The notes: generated by a model from the letters alone, not told the origin. Shown: positions 27,393-39,074, counted from the first letter of the stretch. The stretch is 64,000 nucleotides of DNA from Candidatus Woesebacteria bacterium (GCA_963784785.1 CAWASW010000001.1:9312-73311), one strand, 5' to 3'. Translations and numbers: made by a program.

Positions 27393-29737
27393 AATATTAG
27401 TAACAATACTTTCAGTTGTCATCCTGATTGTTGGACTGGACTCGGTAATAATTTTCTTTTTTGCCCAAAAATATTTAAGTACTGCTTCACAAAATTTGCT
27501 TACAACAACATCTAGATCCAAATCAGAAAACATTTCGACGCTAATTAATGAACAAAAACAGAATGTAATTGATATTGCAACAGCATCAATATTTAGGGAT
27601 TATTATGTTGATACTACAAATATTGTAAATAAAGATAAAGTGCAGCAAAGACTTGAGAGGACAATAAAGGGAAATCCGGCAATTAGGGAGATATATATAC
27701 TCGATGTTTCAGGAGTTGTTCTCTTATCAACTGATGAGGAAGACTTTGGGAAAAATATTATGGCGGATGACAACATTGCAGAGGCCAAAAATGGGCCAAG
27801 TGTTGGAAACGTACGTTTATATGGTGATGACAAAAAAACAATTTATACAATTTCCGCACCGATTTTTAACTCCTCATCGATTCTTGCTGGTATTTTTGTT
27901 GTACGTTTTAATACTAATTTTATAAATACTATAGTTTCTAGTGGATCTGAAACAACAAAAAGTGAAGATGTTTTTTTAGTTGATAAAAATTATTATTTCT
28001 TAACACCAACACGATATTACAATCAGGATGCGGTTTTGTCAAAAAAAGCTGAAACATTAAACGTTCAAAGATGTTTTTCTCAGGACGAAATAATATATGT
28101 TTCGGAGCGATTGACTGGACAAAGATATGTAAATGAACATCGTGGGCATCCTGCAATAACTTTAGCTCATTTTGGCTACACATAATTATATTCCTGAAAT
28201 CTCGGCCTGTTTGATTGCAAAAATTGATAAAACTGAAATCAACACTCCTATTTTTAATTCTGCTGTTGCAATTATTGCCACGATGGGTTTGGGTGTGGCC
28301 ATAATCGCTATTATTATTAACTTTTTTTTGAATAAGATTGTTGGTCCGCTTGAGAGTTTGAAAAAGGGAGCTGAAGAGCTTCAGAACGGAAACCTAGAAG
28401 CTGTGATTAAAATCGATTCCAATGATGAAATAGGTGAAGTATCCAAGGCGTTTAACTCCATGGCCGTAAAACTTAATGAGTTATACAAAAATCTTGAGTT
28501 AAAAGTTACGGACAGAACTTTGGAGTTAAATAGCAAATTGTTGCAAATTGAAGATCAAAACAAAAAACTTGACCAAAATAAATCAGCAATGCTTAATTTA
28601 CTAGAAGATTCTAAGACACTTGAAGAGGAATTAAAAGCTGAAAAGCAATCAGTTGAAAAGAAAATTATTGAAAGAACTAGAGAAGTTGATGAAGAAAAGA
28701 CAAAGCTGATGGCCGCTATTGAGGCTTTAACAAAAGCTTTTGTCATGATGGACTTAAATGGAGAAATTATTCTTGTAAATGAAAATCTTAATAAAATTTT
28801 TAATTTAGAGAAACAGAATTGGTTAATATCTGACATACAAGAACAATTAGGCGACAGTTTTGATTTTGTAAAAGCATATAAAAACAATATTCTTGAAAAG
28901 AAAAAGATGGTATATGACGATATAGCATTAGGTTCGAAAATCTTACAAATTCGTTTTAGCCCAGTTTTTGATAAAGATAAAGTGAATGGCGTACTTGCAA
29001 TAATTGGAGACGTAACTGATGAAAAAGTGTTGGCAAGATCCAAAGACGAATTCTTTTCAATAGCCAGTCATGAATTAAGAACTCCTCTTACTGCAATAAG
29101 AGGAAATACCTCAATGATGCTTGATTATTACAAGGAGTCATTTAAAGATCCTGAATTAAATCAGATGCTTTTAGATACTCATGAGGCTAGTGTCAGATTA
29201 ATAGGCATCGTAAATGACTTCTTAGACATGAGTAGGTTAGAGCTTAGTAAGATAGAATTTAAAATGGAAAAAATTATCTTGGGTGATCTCATTGGAGAAG
29301 TTTTGAAAGAATATAAGGTTACAGGTTTACAAAATAAGTTGTATTTGAAATTTGTTGAGTCAAAGACAGAAATACCGGCTGTAAACGCTGATGTTAATAG
29401 AGTTAAACAAGTTGTAATTAATCTTATTGGAAATAGCGTTAAGTTTACTAAAGAAGGTGGTATATCTATTAGCTTGACTTATAACAACGATTTTGTAGAA
29501 GTGCATGTAGCCGATACTGGCTATGGAATACCTCTTGCAAATCAGTCATTGCTGTTTAGAAAATTTCAACAAGCTGGAGATAGTACCTTAACTAGAGATG
29601 GTGCCAAAGGTACTGGCCTTGGACTATACATCTCTAAACTTATGGTTGAGGGTATGGGAGGTAAGATATTTTTGGAAAAATCAGAGGAAAATAAAGGTTC
29701 TACTTTTACATTTAGCCTGCCTGTTTTTAAAAAGTAG
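27376..29737 (+). pseudogene. Cache-HAMP-PAS-HisKA-HATPase sensor kinase with a frameshift near 28165
   Basis: ORFs 27376..28185 and 28172..29737 split one Cache domain; ASHELRTPL, NLIGNSVKFT, DTGYGI, GTGLGL. Confidence 0.85.
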
Positions 29738-29763
29738 ATAGGGTATAATATGTTCTATCTATT

Positions 29764-30846
29764 ATGGAAGAGATTTTAGCCTTTGGAGAAGAATTAAAGC
29801 AGTTTTTTATAGACCTTGGTTATTATTTGACCAAGAAGCTTCATTTTTCATTTATTAGGTTCGAGGAAGGAAAAGGTGCTTTTGTAACTTCTCTTTATAA
29901 ACAGCGTGGAAAATATGCTAAAACTCTAGTTCATTCTGGCATGGCAACTTTAGCAGGTGTTGGGATGATGATTGCACCCGTCATTGCCCAAGAATTTCCA
30001 GGTAGGTCAGTCAATCCATGGGATATTGAGAGTAACCCTCAAGTACTTTCAGCAACAACTGAATCAGAAGGAATTGAAACATTAGTTTCTGAGAAGGTCA
30101 GAGATTCAGTTAAGGTTTACAAAGTAGAAGAAGGAGATACAGTTGCCTCAATTGCCAAAAAATTTGGAGTTGATGTAAACACAATTCGTTGGCAAAACAA
30201 CATTTCAAATGACAAAATAAAAGTAGACCAATCTTTAGAGATTTTGCCAGTCACAGGCATTGTACACAAAGTTGCAAAAGGTGACACTGTTTATTCAATT
30301 GCTAAGAAATATGATTCTTCAGCTCAGGCTGTCGTTGATTTTCCATTTAATACATTTAGTAATGACGAAACCTTTGAATTGGCTATCGGTCAAACAGTCA
30401 TAGTCCCAGACGGAGTAAGACCTGCAGAGTCTGTTGCTTCACCTAGAATTAGGCAGATTACACCTGATGCTGGTTCTGTTGTTGCTTCTGGAAACTTTGT
30501 CTGGCCTACAGCAGGAATTATTTCACAAAATTATGCTTGGTATCATACAGGTCTTGATATCGCTAATCGAGCTTCTCCTAACGTAGTTGCTGCTGATTCT
30601 GGTACTGTAATTTATGCTGGCTGCTTATCTTATGGATACGGTTGCCACGTTCAGATAGACCATGGCAATGGTTACAAAACTTTATATGCCCATTTCCAGC
30701 AGATATATGTCAAAGTTGGCCAGAGTGTAGGAAGAGGCTCTCCAATTGGACAAATGGGTTCAACAGGTAGATCAACAGGAACACATCTTCATTTTGAGAT
30801 CTCAAGAAACGGAGTTAAATTAAATCCATTAACTGCCCTTAAATGA
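29764..30846 (+). CDS. LysM x2 - M23 peptidase
   Basis: YKVEEGDTV, HKVAKGDTV, HTGLD, YAH, STG.HLHFE. Confidence 0.93.
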   Translation: MEEILAFGEELKQFFIDLGYYLTKKLHFSFIRFEEGKGAFVTSLYKQRGKYAKTLVHSGMATLAGVGMMIAPVIAQEFPGRSVNPWDIESNPQVLSATTESEGIETLVSEKVRDSVKVYKVEEGDTVASIAKKFGVDVNTIRWQNNISNDKIKVDQSLEILPVTGIVHKVAKGDTVYSIAKKYDSSAQAVVDFPFNTFSNDETFELAIGQTVIVPDGVRPAESVASPRIRQITPDAGSVVASGNFVWPTAGIISQNYAWYHTGLDIANRASPNVVAADSGTVIYAGCLSYGYGCHVQIDHGNGYKTLYAHFQQIYVKVGQSVGRGSPIGQMGSTGRSTGTHLHFEISRNGVKLNPLTALK

Positions 30847-32181
30847 AATTAAATAAAAATTTAAAAAAAATATTTTTTTTTGTTAATTATAGTTGTTTCA
30901 GTTCCTGTCTCAATCTTCTTATTAAGCCAAAAAACAAGTTTTTTCCAAAAGGCTTCAGGAACACCTGCTAACTTAGTAATCGATGCAGCCAATATGACAG
31001 GAGAAAAAGGTGAATCTTGGAGAAATTTGGCTCAAGGGGGAGAGGACAAGGGAAGGCAACTTCTGCCTGTTATTGATAAAGTTAAGGCCTTAAAACCAAA
31101 GTATATTCGTATTGATCATGTATTTGATTACTATAATGAGCAAGAATTAGATCAAGTGGTTCAAGATATTGTCTCAACTGGAGCAAAACCATTTATTGCA
31201 CTCTCCTATATGCCACCTGCAATTTCCAAAAGTGGCGATGTGACCGATGTTCCAGCTGATTGGTCAGTTTGGGAGAGCTTAGTCCAAAAAACTGTTGAAA
31301 GGATTAGCGGTAGAAATGGATTAAATATAAAAGACGTATATTATGAAGTATGGAATGAACTCGATTTGTTCGGCAAATTCAAGATTTCAGGGAACAAAAG
31401 TTACCTAGATTTATATAGCCATACAGTAAGGGGAGCAACACGAGCAAATAACGTCAATTCCTTTAAAATTGGAGGTCCTGCAACAACTGGATTGTATGAA
31501 AATTGGTTAAATAAATTAGCAATTTTTACTCAGGAAAATAATATAAGGTTAGATTTTATAAGTTGGCATAGATATTCAAAAGATTTAAATCAGTATGAAG
31601 AAGATATGAATAGTGCTACACATTATGGAATAGAAACTGTAATTACGGAACTAGGGCCAAATAGCGAAAACGACAAAGTTTATGATAATAGTTTTGCCGC
31701 GATTCATTTGATCCTAACAACTGCATTAATGGAAGGGAAAATAGATAAAATATTTAATTTTGAAATTAAGGATGGGGCAGGGAGTGAAAAATATTGGGGT
31801 AGATGGGGGATGATTACAAATGAAAAGTGGGGGGTACCAGAAGTAAAACCAAGATACCGTGCTGTTCAATTTTTGAACAATTTAATTGGTGGAAGTAGCC
31901 TTCAACTAGATGGCCAAGGGTCATGGGTTAAGGCAATTGCAAAAAGAACTGATCAAAATATCAAAGTTCTTGTTGTAAATTATGATAATTACGGAAAGCA
32001 TTCTGAGGCTGTTCCCATAAAAATTATAAATTTACCTACTAATACTTTTACTTTAAAAAGAAACGATTTTATAACAGGAAACGTAACAACTATTCCTGTA
32101 ACTGTTACTAATAACACATGGGAAACAATAGTCTATTTTGAGCCTAATTCTGCTACTATTTTCGATCTTTATTTTGAATAA
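30843..32181 (+). CDS. GH39-like glycoside hydrolase with N-terminal anchor (ATG 30843 is 1 nt out of frame at the A8/T9 runs)
   Basis: IRIDH, YYEVWNE.D, KIGGPA, DFISWHRY, ITE. Confidence 0.8.
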
Positions 32182-32226
32182 TTCGGGGTTGACATTAAAT
32201 AAAATTAATTACATACTTAAATAGAT

Positions 32227-32937
32227 ATGGAACCTGCCACCAATATAATTACTTCTAGTTGGAAGAAATATTCAGTTTATGTTGTAGGGTTTTTGGTGGC
32301 AGTTGCAGTTTATATCTGGATTAGCGCACCACTTGTTGTAACTGTGTCAGGAGTCGGCGAAGTTTCAGCAAAGGCAGAATCAGCAACTTTAACTTTGACC
32401 ATATCTTCGAATAAAGAAAATCCACAGTTAGCTATTTCTGCTGTTAAGGCAACATCACAGAAGATTAAAGAGACATTAGCAACAGCTGGAATATCAAAAG
32501 GTGACATCTCAGAGTCACAAATAGAGGCAGTACCAGCATCAGCAGTAGTTGCAGGGGCAACAGGTTATCAGGCAACGCTTTCAATGGGTGTCAAAACAAG
32601 TATGGTCAACAATCTAGATGGCTTAACCAATAATTTATATTCATTAGGTGCGGTAGTTGTTACACAGCCTGTTTTGTCAGTAGGTGATATCTCTACATTG
32701 GAAAAGGATGCTTATAATTTAGCTATAAAAGATGCTAAGAAAAAGGCTTCAAGTATGGCTCTTTCAAACCTAAAGTTTATCAAAAAGATAATTTTAATTG
32801 AGCAATCTCAAACTCAACCAACATCAACAGTTACAACTAAAGCTGATGTGGCAGCACAGGTGGAGAAGAACCTCTCACCAGATGATGGTTTAATAAAGAT
32901 CGCCAAAGCCGTCTCCATAAGCTACAAGATGTGGTGA
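32227..32937 (+). CDS. SIMPL (DUF541) domain protein
   Basis: VTVSGVGEVSA, AY..AIKDAKKKA..MA. Confidence 0.85.
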   Translation: MEPATNIITSSWKKYSVYVVGFLVAVAVYIWISAPLVVTVSGVGEVSAKAESATLTLTISSNKENPQLAISAVKATSQKIKETLATAGISKGDISESQIEAVPASAVVAGATGYQATLSMGVKTSMVNNLDGLTNNLYSLGAVVVTQPVLSVGDISTLEKDAYNLAIKDAKKKASSMALSNLKFIKKIILIEQSQTQPTSTVTTKADVAAQVEKNLSPDDGLIKIAKAVSISYKMW

Positions 32938-33894
32938 TTATCTATTTTTGTTTTCTAAATAACTGTTTATTGCGTTAACTGTCGTTAACCAATTTCTGCC
33001 TTCTTTGTGTGCATCAATCCGACTCTTTCTTGCTAGTAGGTTTAGATGCTTTGTCGATAGATTAGTTATATTGCTAATTTTAGATAGCAACAAATACTTA
33101 TCGTCAATTGATTTTGATTCAGTTATTGTTTCTAAATATATATTCAATGATCTTTCAACTGATTGCGCAATAAACGTAATAAAAGGAATAATGTCTCCAT
33201 TATCAGCTTTTGAAAGCGATTGATAATATTTTTTTCGATCGTTTTTTAAAATTGTAATCAATGGGTATCCTTGTTGTAATAATATAACGTTGATTATCAG
33301 GCGTGATGTGCGGCCATTGCCGTCATCAAAAGGATGAATCGATACTAATTTGTGATGCATTATGCTTGCAAGTTCAATGGGATGCATTTTATTTTGGTTT
33401 TTTTTAAACCAAGAAATAATTTCTGACATGAAATATGGTATTTTTGTTGCGATTGGAGGTTTCAACTTAGATCCTGCTATTGCAACTGATCCAATCCTGT
33501 ATTTACCAGCAATACTTTTATCAATTGGTAAAATAACTAAATTTTGAATTTGTCGAATTAAATTTTGAGACATTATCAGACTGGAATCAAAATCAATTAA
33601 ATCATAGATAAATTCCAATGCATCTTGGTGACTTTTGGCCTCAAGATGATTCTTGAATGATTTACTTTTAACTGTGATTCCTTCACTAATTATTAAATAT
33701 GTTTCTTGATAAGTTAAATTGTTACCTTCAATAGCATTGCTGTTGTATGTCATCTCAATCATGAACCTCTCTCTTAATTTGCTAACAATGGTAGGGGATA
33801 ATGGCCGATAAGTTTTTAACTTATGCCATTTTTCATCAATTCTATTAACCAAATCCTGAGATAAATAGGCTGGTTTATTATGGTATAGCTTCAT
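32938..33894 (-). CDS. Fic family protein (class II) with C-terminal HTH
   Basis: HPFDDGNGRTSR catalytic motif; SNAIEGN inhibitory motif. Confidence 0.93.
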   Translation of the reverse strand: MKLYHNKPAYLSQDLVNRIDEKWHKLKTYRPLSPTIVSKLRERFMIEMTYNSNAIEGNNLTYQETYLIISEGITVKSKSFKNHLEAKSHQDALEFIYDLIDFDSSLIMSQNLIRQIQNLVILPIDKSIAGKYRIGSVAIAGSKLKPPIATKIPYFMSEIISWFKKNQNKMHPIELASIMHHKLVSIHPFDDGNGRTSRLIINVILLQQGYPLITILKNDRKKYYQSLSKADNGDIIPFITFIAQSVERSLNIYLETITESKSIDDKYLLLSKISNITNLSTKHLNLLARKSRIDAHKEGRNWLTTVNAINSYLENKNR

Positions 33895-33929
33895 ATTTAG
33901 TATTATACCATAATAGTACTAAAACGTGT

Positions 33930-34322
33930 CTACGGAATGAATTGAATGCTTTCTGTACTTATTTTTTCATAACCGTTTGTCTTCATCCAACTAATTGCTT
34001 CTATCTTAGCCTCCTCATAATTGGTATCGATTATCCTTATTCTGACTATGCCATCATTAGACGTCGTAATTTCAAACTTTGGGTTGTTTATCTTACCGAT
34101 GCTAGCAAGTTTAATTATCTGTTGAAATGACTCGCGTGAATTGATATCTATCGATGGAATATTTCCTGTAGTTTTATATTCGTTACCATCGAATGTAACT
34201 GACTTAATTTTAGTAATGTCAACAGTTTTGTTGGCCTTTTTTGTAAAAAAACTAATATATAGAAGGACCGACAGCGAGATGATTGATATCGTTATAATTA
34301 TGTAGATAATATATTTTTTCAT
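33930..34322 (-). CDS. Small single-TM protein, translationally coupled to the giant upstream ORF
   Basis: Probable start MKKYIIYII at 34322 (ATGA overlap). Confidence 0.7.
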   Translation of the reverse strand: MKKYIIYIIITISIISLSVLLYISFFTKKANKTVDITKIKSVTFDGNEYKTTGNIPSIDINSRESFQQIIKLASIGKINNPKFEITTSNDGIVRIRIIDTNYEEAKIEAISWMKTNGYEKISTESIQFIP

Positions 34323-37300
34323 GGATTGGATTGTATTGGGAACAAAGCGTCTGGATATCCTCCGTTGTCTCCAACATGATAATTGATTTCGCCACATTTA
34401 ATTGTGTTTGATCCTGCTAAATCACATTTAATTGGTTTTCCATCGCTAAAGTATGAATCTATGGAATAGCAGACACCGTTTTTGCAATCAAATCCTGCAA
34501 CATGGGCTATTTTTTCTGATGAATAATCAGTAGTTACAGTACCGCCATAGATTAGTAGCCCTGAATAATTAGTTAAGTCGTTTGTGCTAACCATTCTATT
34601 TCGTAGTCCATAATCTACAGCATGATCAAATCCATTTTGTTGAAGACTAAGCAGAGTTGCATCAGCAGATGTTTTGGATCCACCGCTCCAATAAAAGGTA
34701 TCGATTATATTTTGTGGGTTTGGGTTATGCTCAGTAATTTTTAATATGTTGATTGATGTCGATGGTGCACACCCTAATTCAGTCAAAGTTGATCCATATC
34801 TGTTAATTGGTTTGCCGTTATCATTTGTTGTTTGCATGAATATCTCAAAATTATTGATGCCTGAATTTGATATCTTTTCACTTGCTTTTTCTTTTTCAAC
34901 GGCAAGATTTTGTTGAGTTGAATTTGCTGAACTATTATTTACATCGATTTCTCCTTTATTGTATTTTGCTGGTTCTACTGTAATTGTTGCTGCTATTGGT
35001 GTAGTGAATTTGTCTTTTAGATAAGCTATAAATTTGTTAATTTGCGGCAAAACCTGTGATTTGTTTGGATTGTTGTACTCGTAATTTATAAAAGCAGCAG
35101 GTAATGCAATAAATGGACTAATTTTTAACCCCGTGCTTATTTTTGCCACATCAAGTCCTGCAGCCGCAACATTTTCAAATCCTTTTGCCAAATTTCCTGC
35201 CAAGGTCGTGACACTAGTTGGCTGGGTGGGGGAATTATTACTTACAACTTGATAGTTATTAACACTGTTTTCAACCAAAAATTCTGGGTATTTGTCAAGC
35301 CTTCTCGAAGCCACATCAATTGTATTGTCGATATCACGCATCAGTTTGCTTAAACCTTTTTTATCAGCAGGATATTTCTGACTATATGCATAGGATAACT
35401 CTGCTTTGATATTGCCTATTGCTTTTTGATATTTTTCGTTTTGAATCATCCGAAGAAGATAATCTTTTTGTAAATCAGTGTTTACGTCCAATAATCTTGG
35501 GTCGTTTTTACGAATTCTTATTTCTACTACCTCACCATCTGTCCCGATATAAGATTTTGCATTTTCAATATCAGTGGTCCAACTACTATAATTACTTTTA
35601 GAACTATCTCCAAGAAGTACATGTCTTATTACTTCCTCTGGAGTTGAAAATGCTTGACCTGATCCTTGAGGAAATTCTGCAGTTAAAATTCTATTCCCCA
35701 AGTCGTCTATTCCAGCTCTTGGATTTGTCGTTGTTGTTAATCCTCCTGGTAAAATTGGAATATTTTGATCTAAGTTTGTGACCCCCTTATATAATGTTAT
35801 GTATTGATTTGCCTCGCTTTCAACAATTCTTTGTCCGTTTATATCTACGACAGGTACATTTTCAATTCTTGGTGCATCGGCTACTCTTGGTCCATCTATA
35901 TTGCCTGGTGCAATTGCCACAATATCATCAAACAATCTGTTTACAGGTCCTGCAACCCAATCATTCCAAACTCTTGTTCCAACATCTGCAACTGCATTTG
36001 CCGGGCGGACTACATAAGCATTCCAACCCAAAGCAAGGGTATTTTGATTTGGTTCTGCTGCCGTTCTGACTGTCTCATGTGCTACAGGTTCAACTCTTGC
36101 AGGTGAATCTGGTAGACGGTAAAGAGAATCTTCAGCATTAGAAACTGAAGATGCAGCATCATCTCCTTGAGATGGCCCAACAGGTGCTTGCGGTCTACTT
36201 TTTGCCAATTTATCGTCGTAAATCTTATTCCTAATATCGTCTATCGTTGATAAATTAATATCTTTTGGTTTGTATCCTTCTTCCAAAAGACTTATTGCTA
36301 TTTCCTCGCTACTTAATACTCCTTTTCCTTCTAAAGAAATCAATGACTTTTCTAAAGCTAATTGATTTGTTTTGTCGAGCCCTAGCAATTCAAGTATAGA
36401 TTTTGATTGTTGCCCTTCTGTTAATGGTACTATTCTAAATCCAGATTCGTCCAATTTGATACTATTTGAATCAAAACCCAAACTTCCAGTGCCAAAAAAA
36501 GCATAATATTTGCCATCTACCACGATGATTCTACCATCCCCGAATACTCTGTCTCCATTTTTTATTGGTTTGAATTGATTATCATTTAATGAGCTATGAT
36601 TTTGTTGTATCTCAACTGTTCCGTCTGTTTTTACTCTTACTACTGATCCTTCAACGTCAATATCTCCAACTGGGCGGTAAGTAGCTGCAATATCCGTGTC
36701 TCCTATACTAACTCTTCCAAAAAGTGTGTCGGCGAATGATCCATTGGCAATATTTTCAACTGTTCTATTTATACCTACTCTTGCATTTTCTACTGCATTA
36801 CTTAAATCTCTGCCAGTATTAGCAAACGCATCTGGATTTATCTTTGCTCTTTCTGTACTCAGCCAATCAGTTACATTGTTTCTTACTTCTGTTAATCTGT
36901 TTACAACAGGAGCAGGGGCATCTAGATTACCCAAATTAGGAGTTATATTAACTCTATTTGCTAGATTATCAAGTACTGCTGCAACTGGTGCATTTGCAAC
37001 TGGTGTATCAATTCGTCCTTCTAGACCACTAACATCAACATTGTTTGCTAATTTAGTTGTCAATGCATTTGTTAAGCTTTCAGACGTTGTAGAAGAAATT
37101 GGCCTTGAAAAACCTAATTCACCTCTATTGAAATCTGCAATTCCACCCCCAACATCTCCAGCAAGTGCTGCAATTGCCATAGCTTTTGAAAGTCCACTTG
37201 AATTTTTATCTTGAAAAATTTGGACAGCATCAACAGAGTCAATTCCAAGGTTTGTTGCTGAAACCCCAGTGTTTAACAACTTGGTTCCAAGGCTTAGTGA

Positions 37301-38965
37301 TTTGCTTGCAAATTGGCTAGTTCCAAGAGTTGCAAAGTTTAGCATTGTTCGGCCAGTTGCTTTTTGGCAACTTAAATCCCAGCCATTTGCTGCACAGTAG
37401 GAAGCAGCATCTCCTGCTTGATAAACTGTCGAAACTACCTGTACTTGGCCTAATGTCGTGACTACAGCAGCGCCTGCACCTCCTTGAACCGCTGCGGTTG
37501 TAACCAATTGTGGAGCAACTGCAATTGCATATGCTTCAAGTGTTAACACTGTTCCAAGTTTTGTAGTGGCTGATAAAGTTTCTCTGTCTGTAGCTCCTTT
37601 GCCTATCAACTTCGTATATTGAGTTGCCGCGTTTGTAAGTCCTAGTGAATCAGTAAGCGTTCCTGATCTATCAATTAAGTTAGTCGTAAAACCTGCAAGT
37701 CCCGCTAAATTGGCGCCGCCTCCATTTTGTTGATTTATCTTTTGGTAACTAGCAACATATGGTTTAAAAGTTTTTAAGGTTACTGTATCAATGGTGTCAA
37801 GTGTAGTACCGCTATTAAATGCAATTTTTTTATAATCCTCTGCAGCTTTACTTTTATAACCGAGTAGCCCAGCTGTATAGCCAATTGGGGTGTAGCTAAA
37901 CATTGTAGCTGCTAGTCCATTTAAATTCGCCCCGCCTTCACTTTTTGCATTCTGTCCCTGCCAGTAATTTTTATAAGTGTCAGATACCACAGTATTATCG
38001 ACTACTGTCATTGCTTTGTTGCATGTAGCGCTACCATTACAGGCTGCATAGTTATTCACTATTGGTTTTGCTTTTGCGGCCGCAGCATCTGCAATTTGTT
38101 TTTCTGCAGCTTTTGCTTGTGTCTCTGAAAGTGAACATGTACTTCCATCCCATGTCCAACCGGCACCTCCACAAGGGTTTGTCTCTGTTTTACTAGGTAA
38201 CTGGATAGGTTTTGTCGTGTAATTTTGAACTGCTTCTTTTCTTTCATCTATAATAGTTGCTGGGGCTTGTGGCTTTTGCGCTAATTCATTTGCAGCCTTT
38301 TGTTCATCTGCAATTTCTTTAAGTCTCAATTCTCTCGCTGCTTCCTGTTTAGCAGCTGCTTGTGCTGCATCAATTCTTTTATCCTTCAAATCTTGTAATT
38401 TTCTAGCTGCAATTTGTCTATTTTTTTCAATTAGTGCTATTTGTGCAGCTTTTGCAGCAGCAGCTTTTGCGGTAGCAGCTTTCTTTTCAGCAATTTTTTG
38501 TGTAAATTCAGCAATTGTGTCTTTGTCTTTGGTGAATGTTTTAATTTTTGTCAATACGAATTTGTCGAGGTCCCCACAGTTTGAATTAAGTGATTTGCAT
38601 ACACTTGCTATATCCTTTGCTACTTTTGGATTTGCGTCACCATTAGCAAATTTTGACATAAGATCAATTTGTTGGCTATTACTCAGGCGATTTCCCGTAC
38701 TGTCTTGTGCAGGATATTCTTTTGGGTGTGCATTTCTATATGCTTGGTTAACTTCAGTATCTGCTGACGCTTCATTTGCTGCTTCACATTCTTTTCTAGC
38801 AGTTGGACTACCAAGACCAGCACAGGCTGCAGTAGTTTTTGCAAAAGATTCTATGACTTGTTTCTGTACTGTATCGTTAGTAATTACAACTGTCACAGCA
38901 ATTGAAGACAATATGAATAGAGTAGAGAATAAGCTTAATACAATTTTTCTAAATGACGGCAGCAT
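34319..38965 (-). CDS. 1548-aa membrane-anchored multidomain protein, polymorphic-toxin-like (candidate ART and C39-like peptidase domains)
   Basis: N-terminal TM, Ala/Lys coiled coil, Gly/Ala helices, TLYKG..SSWTTD..PEFLV, GCAPST..HV..ID. Confidence 0.7.
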   Translation of the reverse strand: MLPSFRKIVLSLFSTLFILSSIAVTVVITNDTVQKQVIESFAKTTAACAGLGSPTARKECEAANEASADTEVNQAYRNAHPKEYPAQDSTGNRLSNSQQIDLMSKFANGDANPKVAKDIASVCKSLNSNCGDLDKFVLTKIKTFTKDKDTIAEFTQKIAEKKAATAKAAAAKAAQIALIEKNRQIAARKLQDLKDKRIDAAQAAAKQEAARELRLKEIADEQKAANELAQKPQAPATIIDERKEAVQNYTTKPIQLPSKTETNPCGGAGWTWDGSTCSLSETQAKAAEKQIADAAAAKAKPIVNNYAACNGSATCNKAMTVVDNTVVSDTYKNYWQGQNAKSEGGANLNGLAATMFSYTPIGYTAGLLGYKSKAAEDYKKIAFNSGTTLDTIDTVTLKTFKPYVASYQKINQQNGGGANLAGLAGFTTNLIDRSGTLTDSLGLTNAATQYTKLIGKGATDRETLSATTKLGTVLTLEAYAIAVAPQLVTTAAVQGGAGAAVVTTLGQVQVVSTVYQAGDAASYCAANGWDLSCQKATGRTMLNFATLGTSQFASKSLSLGTKLLNTGVSATNLGIDSVDAVQIFQDKNSSGLSKAMAIAALAGDVGGGIADFNRGELGFSRPISSTTSESLTNALTTKLANNVDVSGLEGRIDTPVANAPVAAVLDNLANRVNITPNLGNLDAPAPVVNRLTEVRNNVTDWLSTERAKINPDAFANTGRDLSNAVENARVGINRTVENIANGSFADTLFGRVSIGDTDIAATYRPVGDIDVEGSVVRVKTDGTVEIQQNHSSLNDNQFKPIKNGDRVFGDGRIIVVDGKYYAFFGTGSLGFDSNSIKLDESGFRIVPLTEGQQSKSILELLGLDKTNQLALEKSLISLEGKGVLSSEEIAISLLEEGYKPKDINLSTIDDIRNKIYDDKLAKSRPQAPVGPSQGDDAASSVSNAEDSLYRLPDSPARVEPVAHETVRTAAEPNQNTLALGWNAYVVRPANAVADVGTRVWNDWVAGPVNRLFDDIVAIAPGNIDGPRVADAPRIENVPVVDINGQRIVESEANQYITLYKGVTNLDQNIPILPGGLTTTTNPRAGIDDLGNRILTAEFPQGSGQAFSTPEEVIRHVLLGDSSKSNYSSWTTDIENAKSYIGTDGEVVEIRIRKNDPRLLDVNTDLQKDYLLRMIQNEKYQKAIGNIKAELSYAYSQKYPADKKGLSKLMRDIDNTIDVASRRLDKYPEFLVENSVNNYQVVSNNSPTQPTSVTTLAGNLAKGFENVAAAGLDVAKISTGLKISPFIALPAAFINYEYNNPNKSQVLPQINKFIAYLKDKFTTPIAATITVEPAKYNKGEIDVNNSSANSTQQNLAVEKEKASEKISNSGINNFEIFMQTTNDNGKPINRYGSTLTELGCAPSTSINILKITEHNPNPQNIIDTFYWSGGSKTSADATLLSLQQNGFDHAVDYGLRNRMVSTNDLTNYSGLLIYGGTVTTDYSSEKIAHVAGFDCKNGVCYSIDSYFSDGKPIKCDLAGSNTIKCGEINYHVGDNGGYPDALFPIQSNP

Positions 38966-39003
38966 TTGATATAATTATATGTAGTTTATATTTTTAAGTA
39001 AAT

Positions 39004-39074
39004 GGGCTGTTAGTATAGTGGTAATACACATCATTCGCATTGATGAAACGCCGGTCCAATTCCGGCACAGTCCA
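39004..39074 (+). tRNA. tRNA-Ala(CGC)
   Basis: Acceptor GGGCTGT/ACAGTCC with G3:U70; anticodon arm CATCA-TTCGCAT-TGATG; T arm GCCGG-TCCAATT-CCGGC; discriminator A; CCA not encoded. Confidence 0.92.

Noticed and set aside
39004-39074. tRNA as the integration site of an island
   Set aside because: No duplicated tRNA 3' end or adjacent integrase found in the window
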